From a virus (lineage: Duplodnaviria; Caudoviricetes): a stretch of DNA of 54,284 nucleotides. The notes under the pieces are model-generated. The model was not told where the DNA came from. It saw only the letters and a program-made list of their open reading frames with translations, and searched no databases. Below are positions 36,649 through 44,932 of this stretch, piece after piece. Location: IMG/VR virus record IMGVR_UViG_3300027963_000004, positions 1-54,284 of that record; one strand, given 5' to 3'. The position numbers and the translations under genes are program-made. The stretch's first letter is position 1. Each line of letters starts with the position of its first letter.

Positions 36649-37094
36649 TTTTGCCCTCCTCTGGCTTTGCCAAGGACTAGCGTGACTTGAAAGCCACCAT
36701 CTTTAGTTTTCTGGGTAGCAAAACCCATATTCGCAGGTTGATCACGGCCAATGGCATTAAATATATTTAAAATGGTTGGGTCGGAAAATTGTGTTACGAC
36801 CACATCAAATCCAACTTTGTAGGCAGAATCTGCAAAAATTCGGCTATTCTCTAAAAAGTTACGAGCAGTATCAGCATTTAAAGCGCGAAAGAATCCATAT
36901 CCCGGCTCTTTGGTCTTATGCACTACAAAAATAGTATTACCATGGCGCATCTTCCAAATATTAGGCAAACTGAATTCAACAGTCAGCATCTCTTTGACCT
37001 CTTTGACAGGACGACCAACCTTGGTATTCTCAGCAGCAATCTCAATGATTTGCTCACTTGTCAATTCTTGTTGTTTGCTGTCAACCATCTGCAT
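36645..37094 (-). CDS. Putative GNAT-like acyltransferase
   Basis: 149 aa with alpha/beta alternation compatible with a GNAT core; lies in the nozzle-to-ejection slot; fold is inference only. Confidence 0.4.
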   Translation of the reverse strand: MQMVDSKQQELTSEQIIEIAAENTKVGRPVKEVKEMLTVEFSLPNIWKMRHGNTIFVVHKTKEPGYGFFRALNADTARNFLENSRIFADSAYKVGFDVVVTQFSDPTILNIFNAIGRDQPANMGFATQKTKDGGFQVTLVLGKARGGQK

Positions 37095-37095
37095 A

Positions 37096-38205
37096 TCAAA
37101 GCCCTTTAAAAATTGCGCTGGAATAGATATTACCCATACCCGCGGCTAGACTTAGCACCAACCCATCTGGGGGGCTTGTCGGTTGCGAAAGATAAACCGA
37201 GTCGGTTTCGGTTCGGTTCTCAATTGCAGGGACAATTCCATTTCTGATGTCTTCTAGCAATAATAATGTTTCTAGCAATCCACTGCTACCCATTGTGTGA
37301 CCTATTTTCTGCTTGTAAGAGGTCGCAACAAATGCTTTTAACGTGTTACTTAAAGCATTTTTTTCAGACACATTGTTGGAATGCGTTCCAGTTCCATGTG
37401 TTTTTACAATTTTAATATTTTCTGGCTTAGTTTGGGTAATTTCTAATGCACCCTCTATAGCCTTTATAAAACCCTCACCATTTTCACATTGACCTATAGC
37501 ATTAGTTGAATTCTCGGATGCGCTATATGCCCCAATTAACTCAGCATAAGGTTTAATTCCTTGCATCTCTACTGCTTTTGCAGACTCAAATACCGCCAAA
37601 GCCGCGCCCTGACCAATTCTGAATCCAAAGTTAGTTGAGTCAAATGCGGAGGGTTTAATTCCCTCTTCCTCTTGTTTATTGGTCAAAACCGCTTTAGCCT
37701 CACCAAAAAATTCCAAAACTGAATTGGTAATTCCATCTTCTACAGTCAAAACAATTACTCTTTCAAAACCATAGAATTTCATTAGAGTCTGCACATCCAT
37801 CATTACTTTTAGGCTTGAGGCACAAGCAGAGGCATCAGTTACCACTTGGTCTATATCCCCAAAGGACTGAGCAGTACGCCCGGCAAAGACTTGGGTTAGG
37901 CTGAAAGGAAGAAACTTATAAATATAGTTAAGACGGTTGTCTGGATAAGAACGGGGGCCAATACCTGCAAAGTGAGCATTCCCACCCGCTAAAATAAAGG
38001 CAGTCTTACCCACAGGATTGTTTCTTAAATACTCAACAAGGACTGGGTCTAATACCTTGTCAGCCAATCGATGGGGTACATAAAATAACCCGCTCTTAGT
38101 TCTGTTGTAAGATTCAGGAAACCAATGAACTTTTTGGGGGTAAACTACATCATCAAATAACTCAATACTTGTTGTTGAGAGAGTACGATATTGCGTTAAA
38201 AACAT
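37096..38205 (-). CDS. Beta-ketoacyl synthase (FabB/FabF-like ketosynthase)
   Basis: Intact C-H-H triad: DASACASS, KTHGTGT, KQKIGHTMGSSG; also GFRIGQGAA; start overlaps ACP stop (TAATG). Confidence 0.9.
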   Translation of the reverse strand: MFLTQYRTLSTTSIELFDDVVYPQKVHWFPESYNRTKSGLFYVPHRLADKVLDPVLVEYLRNNPVGKTAFILAGGNAHFAGIGPRSYPDNRLNYIYKFLPFSLTQVFAGRTAQSFGDIDQVVTDASACASSLKVMMDVQTLMKFYGFERVIVLTVEDGITNSVLEFFGEAKAVLTNKQEEEGIKPSAFDSTNFGFRIGQGAALAVFESAKAVEMQGIKPYAELIGAYSASENSTNAIGQCENGEGFIKAIEGALEITQTKPENIKIVKTHGTGTHSNNVSEKNALSNTLKAFVATSYKQKIGHTMGSSGLLETLLLLEDIRNGIVPAIENRTETDSVYLSQPTSPPDGLVLSLAAGMGNIYSSAIFKGL

Positions 38206-38489
38206 TACTTGCAAGCCTCCAAAGCCTTTTCTACTGACTCTGGCTCTTGAGTTTTTCGGCTCATCAGCAAGTCATATAGTTCTTTAACTGTCTTTGGTGC
38301 CCATGTTTTAGTCTCATCATCATCAGGGATGCCATAGAGTTCACACAAGTACATCAGCATCACCAAGCCATCCAAACTGTCTAATCCAATATCCGCAAAA
38401 GCATCTTCCATACTCGTTGCAAACACAGGGTTTGAATGAGCGGGGCGGGCTAATTTGGCTATGGCATTAAACAGTTCAATAAAATTCAT
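38205..38489 (-). CDS. Acyl carrier protein
   Basis: 94 aa, acidic; FADIGLDSLD phosphopantetheine site; ELYGI.D; KTVKEL. Confidence 0.9.
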   Translation of the reverse strand: MNFIELFNAIAKLARPAHSNPVFATSMEDAFADIGLDSLDGLVMLMYLCELYGIPDDDETKTWAPKTVKELYDLLMSRKTQEPESVEKALEACK

Positions 38490-38743
38490 ACTTGGAGTTC
38501 CGTTGGTTGGTTAACGGCGCCAACAAGTGCTTGCGCCCAATCTTCCCAATTATTAAATACATAGGGGCCTGGGATACCCTCATTTGTAAAAATATCAATT
38601 GCTTTAAGACCAGATGCCCATTCTTTCCAATCCGTATGCTCATTAGGTATTGCTAACTGTTGACCTGCATATGCCTCACACATCAATGATGCCCATGACT
38701 GAAAAGTCTGAAAACGGGGGTCATATACAAGTGCAAGCGCCAT
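38486..38743 (-). CDS. Small Trp-rich tail-module protein
   Basis: Likely start MALALVYDPR 1 nt after nozzle stop; repeated W..WA motifs. Confidence 0.6.
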   Translation of the reverse strand: MALALVYDPRFQTFQSWASLMCEAYAGQQLAIPNEHTDWKEWASGLKAIDIFTNEGIPGPYVFNNWEDWAQALVGAVNQPTELQV

Positions 38744-38744
38744 A

Positions 38745-41000
38745 TTAACTTCCGTAAGGGCGAACATCGCCAATAGTTGCATTGAGGAGAACTTTACCCA
38801 TTTGGTAATCTCCACCTTGCTCATTACTCACAAAACGCAAGCGTATCTCTCTTCTTTGCTCTCGCATATCTATCTTTCCCGTATCTGGTTCAAAATAGTA
38901 TGGATCAGAAGTCACATCTTGAGATTGAGCAAATGGTCTACCCGTAATCTGCACACTCATTGTTCCATTTTGAATAAAGTCAGGTTCAATACGCTCTATC
39001 CTTAACCAATAATTTTCCCCAATTGGAGCAGTTTGAGATGGGCCGCCTTGAACTAAACCAAGGTCAGATGTTTCAAAATAACTTTCAATTGCATTAGCCT
39101 CTTCGTTAATAACTTCATCAGTTCCAATTTCGTGTTGCCACAAAATAACTTGACCAGCCACAGTTTCAAAATTTGCAGTCTCAACCAATGTTGCTGTTGC
39201 GTTTGCAGATAAAGTTAAATTCAAACCAGAAAATGACATGGTTCCTGATACAGCACTACTGTTGACTACGGATAGCGTAATGGTCGTTCCCACAATCGTG
39301 GTCACAATAGCGTTTGTGCCAATGCCTGTGCCAGTCACGGATTGATTTAACACAATACCAGTTGCGCTACTGACCACAATAGTGCTTGCCCCAGAAGTGC
39401 CAGTTGCTGTCGGTGATGCCGCATTAGGTGTAATCAAAGTAATCAATGCACCAGATGGAACGCTTGCGGACACAACCTCTTGACCAACAGCAACCAAATT
39501 GTTTGGCGCAATTCTAATGACCGCGCTTGCGTTTGTTGTTGAGATTGATGTCGTAAAAATTATTTCCTGCTCACTCAATGTTGCGCCAGCATTGATAGGG
39601 TAATGGAATACTTGAGAGAAGTACCCAGCCGTGCGACGAGCGCCCAAAGCCTCGCCTGCGTCATACCAACAATTTTCTCGCACGTTATAGATGATGCAGT
39701 CGTTGCATTCTTCTGAGTCGCCAGAAGGAAAGAACCACCAAATTTCGCCAAAACGAGGAACCTTGTTAACAAAAACTTTTTGCTGTTGAGCGTAGTTCAA
39801 GTTGTCAAAAAAGTAGTTTTGGTTGAACGTATTTGTAATTTCTTTAACCACGCCGTTGTACAACAGAAAACGGTCAACACCAATCCAGTAGTAGATGCCG
39901 TCATACTCAATAACGCACTGCGACGAAAGGATTGAGGACTGACTAGAAATAATGTCATACCGCCAATAGAAGGTTTGGGGGACTGAGGCAACCGTAATAG
40001 TGGTTGGCGTGTAGGACACACGAATCAACGAATCAAGCGCCCAAAACAACCCAGATGGAGCATTAGAGCCGCCTCGCACTGGCAAGCCTTTGACAATCTT
40101 TGTAGAGGATACATTGACCTCGTTTGAATCTGGGCCGTTCCAATCAAATGGGTCTCCAGCAACACAATTTTTAATTAAACCGTTGTCTCCATACACAAAA
40201 ACATATGGATGCAAAACAACTACGCCTCCAGCAACTTCAATAACGTCGCCTGTTGGGGTTGTGCCAGTAGTATCCGTAAGGGGGGACAAGGTTGTGCCAT
40301 TAATAATTCCAGCCAAAACTGGGGTTACTGTAGTTTGGTCAATTTGCTCTAAGTTCTGACCAGCGTGCGCCAACAGCAACTGATTTCCAGAACCTTGCGC
40401 GTCAAACGTAGAGTCAAACTGCCAAAGGTTCAAATCGCTTTCCGTAAACCCATCATTAATTGTTGCCACCTTAATTGAAAAACCACTACCCGTGCCACCA
40501 ATTGTTGCGGCGGTTGCGCTCAAAGTATTGCCAATAACATACCCATTACCAGCCTTTGTCAGGGTTACTGTAGTTACTGTTGCGCCTGCCACCACAATTG
40601 TTGCCTTTGCACCAGTGCCAGAGCCGCCAGTTAAAGTTACATTGGTGTACGTTCCGTTGGTGTATAGCGTGCCACCCACTAAAGTGTTAAGCGTTAGGAC
40701 TAGTCCAGTAAAAGTAAATTGATTGACACCAGAACCAATCCCAAGGTTGTTAATATTGACAACCTCAAGACCATTGTTATATCCATTGAAAACTGAGTTG
40801 ACGCCATCAACCGAGTTAACATAGATACCACGAGAGTATCCTTTTGCGTTGCTGATAATTGCGCGATAGCCACCAACTTTTCTTGGACGCCCACGTTGAA
40901 AACGCACCCAAAGTGCGTCTGTGTAAAAGTTCATATCAAATATTGTGCCGTCCCGTTGTACGCCGGGCAAGGTATCAATAGTATATACTTTCTTAACCAT
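38745..41000 (-). CDS. Tail nozzle/hub protein (P22 gp10/T7 gp12-like)
   Basis: 751 aa beta-rich; WVRFQRGRPRKVGG, YYWIG..FLLYNG.V, FGEIWWFFP, IERIEPDF. Confidence 0.7.
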   Translation of the reverse strand: MVKKVYTIDTLPGVQRDGTIFDMNFYTDALWVRFQRGRPRKVGGYRAIISNAKGYSRGIYVNSVDGVNSVFNGYNNGLEVVNINNLGIGSGVNQFTFTGLVLTLNTLVGGTLYTNGTYTNVTLTGGSGTGAKATIVVAGATVTTVTLTKAGNGYVIGNTLSATAATIGGTGSGFSIKVATINDGFTESDLNLWQFDSTFDAQGSGNQLLLAHAGQNLEQIDQTTVTPVLAGIINGTTLSPLTDTTGTTPTGDVIEVAGGVVVLHPYVFVYGDNGLIKNCVAGDPFDWNGPDSNEVNVSSTKIVKGLPVRGGSNAPSGLFWALDSLIRVSYTPTTITVASVPQTFYWRYDIISSQSSILSSQCVIEYDGIYYWIGVDRFLLYNGVVKEITNTFNQNYFFDNLNYAQQQKVFVNKVPRFGEIWWFFPSGDSEECNDCIIYNVRENCWYDAGEALGARRTAGYFSQVFHYPINAGATLSEQEIIFTTSISTTNASAVIRIAPNNLVAVGQEVVSASVPSGALITLITPNAASPTATGTSGASTIVVSSATGIVLNQSVTGTGIGTNAIVTTIVGTTITLSVVNSSAVSGTMSFSGLNLTLSANATATLVETANFETVAGQVILWQHEIGTDEVINEEANAIESYFETSDLGLVQGGPSQTAPIGENYWLRIERIEPDFIQNGTMSVQITGRPFAQSQDVTSDPYYFEPDTGKIDMREQRREIRLRFVSNEQGGDYQMGKVLLNATIGDVRPYGS

Positions 41001-42229
41001 CAGAACACTCCGCCAGCAACACCACCCGTAAAGTTACCCGTTCCAACAATAGCCAAACCAGAGGCAGAAACTGTTGAGCGCAAGACACCAAGAATGGAAA
41101 TATTAAACTCACCAGAAGCCGCACGGTAAACGCCCGTTGTGGTTTCTGATGCAAAGTTCAATGAAGGCGCTCCAACAGAACCATTGTTCAAACTAATATT
41201 TGAAGAGCCTGCAAGAATTGTATTGGCGTTATATAAATTAACTGAATCACAAACTAATGTGGCTTGAGTTCCTGTGGTCAACACCGCAGTAGCGCCAGAA
41301 CCCGTTGTAATTGTGACGGTGTAAGCATTTGATGTTGCGTTGACAATGTAGTAAACCTGAACTGTTGACGGAACAACAATTGTGACGTTGCCCGTCAATG
41401 CGCCCGTGTACTTTTGAATGACGTTAGAAGCCTCTGAAGCAGTTAGGGTGTAAGTTCCAGTCAAAACTGCTTTGGATAATTGGGTAAACGCAAATTGCGT
41501 ATTTCGACCTAAGCCAACCGTGTAGAACTGAGTTCCACTACAAACAATGATGCAAGAGTCTGCGGGTTGCAAAACAATTGACGCAGAACCGTTGATTACA
41601 TTACCACCACTTCCAGCAACAGTCAAAGCACCTGTTCCACTATTGCGTACAAACATAAACCAATTGTCGGCAAGTGTAGACGCAAGGGTTAAAGTCAAAG
41701 TTCCTGCGCCACCTGTCCAAACATAAGTGCTAGAGCGGTCAGTAGTAAGTGCAGTGTAGTTAGAAGAGAAGGTTGTAACAGGCTGTGATTGGTTGAGCGT
41801 CTGACCAATTGCCAATAAACCATAACCAGCAAGGGTAGCGGCGTCTGCGCCAGATGAGCCAATACCAAATGCAATGATGCCCCATGTTCCTGCGGTCGTT
41901 GCATTCGTGACAATGTAGATGTACTGTGCTTCGCCTGCGGCTATGGTGACAATCGTGTTTGCGCCAGTGTAGTCTTTGACCGTTACAGCAACAGCACCGA
42001 CGTTACGAATTAAAGCATCTTGACCTACAGAGGCTTGGTTGGCGGGTGGCATCCACAACTCATTAGCCGTAGTAGTAGTTGACACCTCCATAATACGAGC
42101 CGCGGCATCATCAGTAGATTGACCATTGATAGGCCAAGCCAATTGCAAGTCTGTTGTCAGAATAATTCGGCGATACGATACATCCGTTGGTTGAACAACG
42201 TTACCGGTAAAGGGGGAGTTGTAACTCAT
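41000..42229 (-). CDS. Tail structural protein (needle/fibre-like)
   Basis: 409 aa T/G/S-rich beta protein; C-terminal GSVGAPSLNFASETTTGVYR. Confidence 0.6.
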   Translation of the reverse strand: MSYNSPFTGNVVQPTDVSYRRIILTTDLQLAWPINGQSTDDAAARIMEVSTTTTANELWMPPANQASVGQDALIRNVGAVAVTVKDYTGANTIVTIAAGEAQYIYIVTNATTAGTWGIIAFGIGSSGADAATLAGYGLLAIGQTLNQSQPVTTFSSNYTALTTDRSSTYVWTGGAGTLTLTLASTLADNWFMFVRNSGTGALTVAGSGGNVINGSASIVLQPADSCIIVCSGTQFYTVGLGRNTQFAFTQLSKAVLTGTYTLTASEASNVIQKYTGALTGNVTIVVPSTVQVYYIVNATSNAYTVTITTGSGATAVLTTGTQATLVCDSVNLYNANTILAGSSNISLNNGSVGAPSLNFASETTTGVYRAASGEFNISILGVLRSTVSASGLAIVGTGNFTGGVAGGVF

Positions 42230-42231
42230 AG

Positions 42232-42867
42232 TTAGGTATCCAGTACAGAGGCTTGACGGTCACCAATACGTTGAATGTCTTCCGTCTTTAAGGTTTGCAT
42301 GATTAAGTCATAGTTTTGCTGCCACATAGGCATACGCTCATCATTCTTTAAGAATGGCATAGCCTGCAACAAAGAGCCATAAAGCAATGCCTGTGGGGCA
42401 TAAATAGTAAACCAGTTAGTCTGATTGGAAGAGTCAAGTGGCTGAACTCTTTCATAGTACAGAACTTCGAAAGTATAACCAGCGGCTGGAGTTGGTGCTA
42501 CCAACCAATGGGTATAGTCATAATCTGCATAATATTCAGGGATTCCTGTTTCTGTAGCATCAGGCCAATACTCCCTCAAATACTCATACTTTCTTAAAAG
42601 AACAGGAGTTCTTGACCCATTAACAACCACATTCATGGAAACAGTTTTATGCCATCGAGCAGGCTTATCTAAAATAGCCTCAGTAGCAACCATTGTGCTT
42701 TCATTAACAGTTAGGTTGCCAAGAAATTTGATTTGACTTGCAATGATTTGCTCTGCCAACATAATGAAAAGAGGAATTTTTTCAAGGGTAGCAGTATCAG
42801 TCCTCTCCAAATATGACTGAATGTTTTCAACTAAACTGTCATAAGTCATTACTGAGGCGGTAGTCAT
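42232..42867 (-). CDS. Head-tail adaptor protein
   Basis: MTYDSL..I..YLER, FIMLAE, VAPTP, TNW....PQALLYGSL. Confidence 0.75.
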   Translation of the reverse strand: MTTASVMTYDSLVENIQSYLERTDTATLEKIPLFIMLAEQIIASQIKFLGNLTVNESTMVATEAILDKPARWHKTVSMNVVVNGSRTPVLLRKYEYLREYWPDATETGIPEYYADYDYTHWLVAPTPAAGYTFEVLYYERVQPLDSSNQTNWFTIYAPQALLYGSLLQAMPFLKNDERMPMWQQNYDLIMQTLKTEDIQRIGDRQASVLDT

Positions 42868-42904
42868 ATTAAATCCTTTGTTCTTTTTAACATTTTAATT
42901 TCTC

Positions 42905-43381
42905 TTAGGATAAAAACAACTGTTTTTCGTCAATTCTGCGCTTTTGTAACCCTTTAAGAACTTTTCCGCCAGCCATGCAATACTTTAAGAGTTCTTCCGC
43001 CGCCCCTTCCATATCCCCGCGAAGAGCCTTTTGACGGAGGGTGCTTCGCTGTAAAGTCCCCAAACCAACATTAAAAGCAAAACTACACAAAGCATCAAAT
43101 TGACCTTGGGTAAGTGGGATAGGTATGAACCGTTCCACACCTCGTTCAAAACGGAGTAAATCAGATTCAAGAATTCCATCAACTTCCCCCATAGAGAAGA
43201 TTCTATTATCTTCTTCTTTCAGTTGAACTTCGTTGCGCTTATCAATTGTTAAATTACCCTGTGTAGGGTAAAGAACATGACCAACGCCAATAGTCCATAG
43301 TAACGCTGGACATCTATAAGGTTTCTGTCTTACACCTTCATGGTGTTTGATAACCTTTATGGCATTGGCTGATATTTTCAT
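42905..43381 (-). CDS. Endolysin, GH24 lysozyme
   Basis: HEGVRQKPYRCPALLWTIGVGH, QFDALCSFAFNVG, GLQKRRIDE. Confidence 0.92.
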   Translation of the reverse strand: MKISANAIKVIKHHEGVRQKPYRCPALLWTIGVGHVLYPTQGNLTIDKRNEVQLKEEDNRIFSMGEVDGILESDLLRFERGVERFIPIPLTQGQFDALCSFAFNVGLGTLQRSTLRQKALRGDMEGAAEELLKYCMAGGKVLKGLQKRRIDEKQLFLS

Positions 43382-43893
43382 TTGCCAAAGGCTCTCCCAC
43401 CAAAGTGGAATGCAATGATTGAGGCAAACAAAGTTTGAGTTTCATTATCCCAAATCTGGTCAGCCAACACAACAAAGTCTATACCCTCAGAAATACCTTT
43501 ATAGACCAATGCGCAGTCAATAGCGCAGAGTAAAAAGAAAAATCCGTAGGTAATAACAGGGCGGACAGAGGCTCTTAGGTTATGCATCCACTCAGAAGTT
43601 CCCTCATTCAAACTTATGTCGTGGGCATATAACGCTTGCATTTCAGCCTGTTGAGCGCCAATTAAAACTTGTTTGTCTTGAGATGAGGTCTCCATAGCAA
43701 TCTGCTCAATATGGATATGTTCTACCCTTTCTTGAGCCTCAAAGCCAAGTTTTCGCATTTCCAACTCACGTTGAATCTGCAACTGCGCCATTTCCAACTC
43801 ATGGCTTTTGTCACTTCTGTCTTGAAAGTAATCTAATAGTTTTGGCAAACCGCCAGCCAAAAATGAAATCAAAGTTGAAAATAGTGTAAACAT
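43378..43893 (-). CDS. Holin-like membrane protein
   Basis: N-terminal hydrophobic helix, LRASVRPVITY, two further TM segments, FHFGGR; adjacent to endolysin. Confidence 0.65.
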   Translation of the reverse strand: MFTLFSTLISFLAGGLPKLLDYFQDRSDKSHELEMAQLQIQRELEMRKLGFEAQERVEHIHIEQIAMETSSQDKQVLIGAQQAEMQALYAHDISLNEGTSEWMHNLRASVRPVITYGFFFLLCAIDCALVYKGISEGIDFVVLADQIWDNETQTLFASIIAFHFGGRAFGK

Positions 43894-44156
43894 TACTTCC
43901 TCTTTTCTCGTTCTTCAAGTAATTGAACCTTTACTTGTAGTTGGTGAATGTCTTTATAAACTTCTTCTTTCAGCCTATGCCTTGCCTCTGCACTTAAAGG
44001 TGAGTCAGTCGGCACATTTTCTTTAGTGATTAGTGCTGGCATCTGCCCTTCAATCTTAGTCAGCCGTGTAGAGAAGTCAGACACTTGACCGAGTAGCCAT
44101 GCTAGACACGCCACAACAATAGGAAGTACCGCTTTTAGGACGTCTTGAATATTCAT
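43893..44156 (-). CDS. Small membrane-anchored coiled-coil protein (lysis module)
   Basis: N-terminal TM then coiled coil. Confidence 0.55.
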   Translation of the reverse strand: MNIQDVLKAVLPIVVACLAWLLGQVSDFSTRLTKIEGQMPALITKENVPTDSPLSAEARHRLKEEVYKDIHQLQVKVQLLEEREKRK

Positions 44157-44368
44157 AGTCCAAAAACTTTTTTAACCATTTCAGCGGCAACGCCGGGGCC
44201 AAGCAACACGGCTAGGATGACTACATACAAGAGGTACTCAATCCTATTCATGCGCTTGGAACCTTCGTCAAAGCGGGTTTGAATGACCTCGTACCGTTGA
44301 GCGCATATCGCCTCGTGAACGCTTAAACGCTTGTCGGTCTCGTTAGCCAATTCTTCAACCCCTTCCAT
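44153..44368 (-). CDS. Small holin/XhlA-like membrane protein
   Basis: RLSVHEAICAQRY, coiled coil, C-terminal TM. Confidence 0.6.
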   Translation of the reverse strand: MEGVEELANETDKRLSVHEAICAQRYEVIQTRFDEGSKRMNRIEYLLYVVILAVLLGPGVAAEMVKKVFGL

Positions 44369-44373
44369 GTAAC

Positions 44374-44541
44374 TTACTCCGCTTTTGGCTCTTCTGCTTC
44401 AGCAGGCGGCAATTGACTTTGGGCTTCTTGTTGAATGCCTTGAATCAAATTCGCTACTTGAGCATATGGTTGATTCCCCAAATACTGAAGAATGCCATTT
44501 ACCAAATTGGTTGATAAAGATATATTGCTTTCCATTGCCAT
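44374..44541 (-). CDS. Small tail-fibre-associated protein (55 aa)
   Basis: AAGGA SD; LVNGILQYLGNQPYAQVANLIQGI; below ORF-track cutoff. Confidence 0.65.
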   Translation of the reverse strand: MAMESNISLSTNLVNGILQYLGNQPYAQVANLIQGIQQEAQSQLPPAEAEEPKAE

Positions 44542-44559
44542 TTTCCTTTAAAAAAATTT

Positions 44560-44586
44560 CCGCTGTTATGGGTCAGCGGTTCACCC
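44560..44586 (-). promoter_or_regulatory. Candidate H-type RNA pseudoknot in leader of the 55-aa gene
   Basis: GGGU-GAA-CCGCUG-ACCC-AUAA-CAGCGG. Confidence 0.45.
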
Positions 44587-44594
44587 TTCTTCTA

Positions 44595-44921
44595 TTATGC
44601 CGAAGGTGTTGCCCAAGGTAAAGGGGTGTTCTCAGGGCTAACAGGTGGTGTAATTAGGCTGTCAATCTGCCCTTGTACACAAGACTGTGCGCTGTCTATT
44701 TGGTTCTCAGGAATCCAACTAATAACTAACGCCTCAGTTAGACTTGCGTAAGGCACAAATGTAGTCTGGTCTGTAGAGTCAAACTGTGTGTTGCCTTGGA
44801 TAGATGCAGTATAAGTGCCGTCTACTCCTGTTACTTCCCATAGTGCGTTAATTACATAGTTGGGGTCAGGTTGTTGTACTGTGTACATTGCTGTGATGCG
44901 AGTGGTAAAGACTGTTGCCAT
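44595..44921 (-). CDS. Tail-fibre-associated protein
   Basis: 108 aa; FVPYASLTEALVISW, PLPW; directly after fibre gene. Confidence 0.65.
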   Translation of the reverse strand: MATVFTTRITAMYTVQQPDPNYVINALWEVTGVDGTYTASIQGNTQFDSTDQTTFVPYASLTEALVISWIPENQIDSAQSCVQGQIDSLITPPVSPENTPLPWATPSA

Positions 44922-44932
44922 TTTAATTCTCC

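Noticed and set aside
37096-38489. Host fatty-acid operon contamination or a PKS cluster
   Set aside because: Genes overlap phage structural genes on both sides; no fabD/fabG/fabH, chain-length factor or tailoring genes
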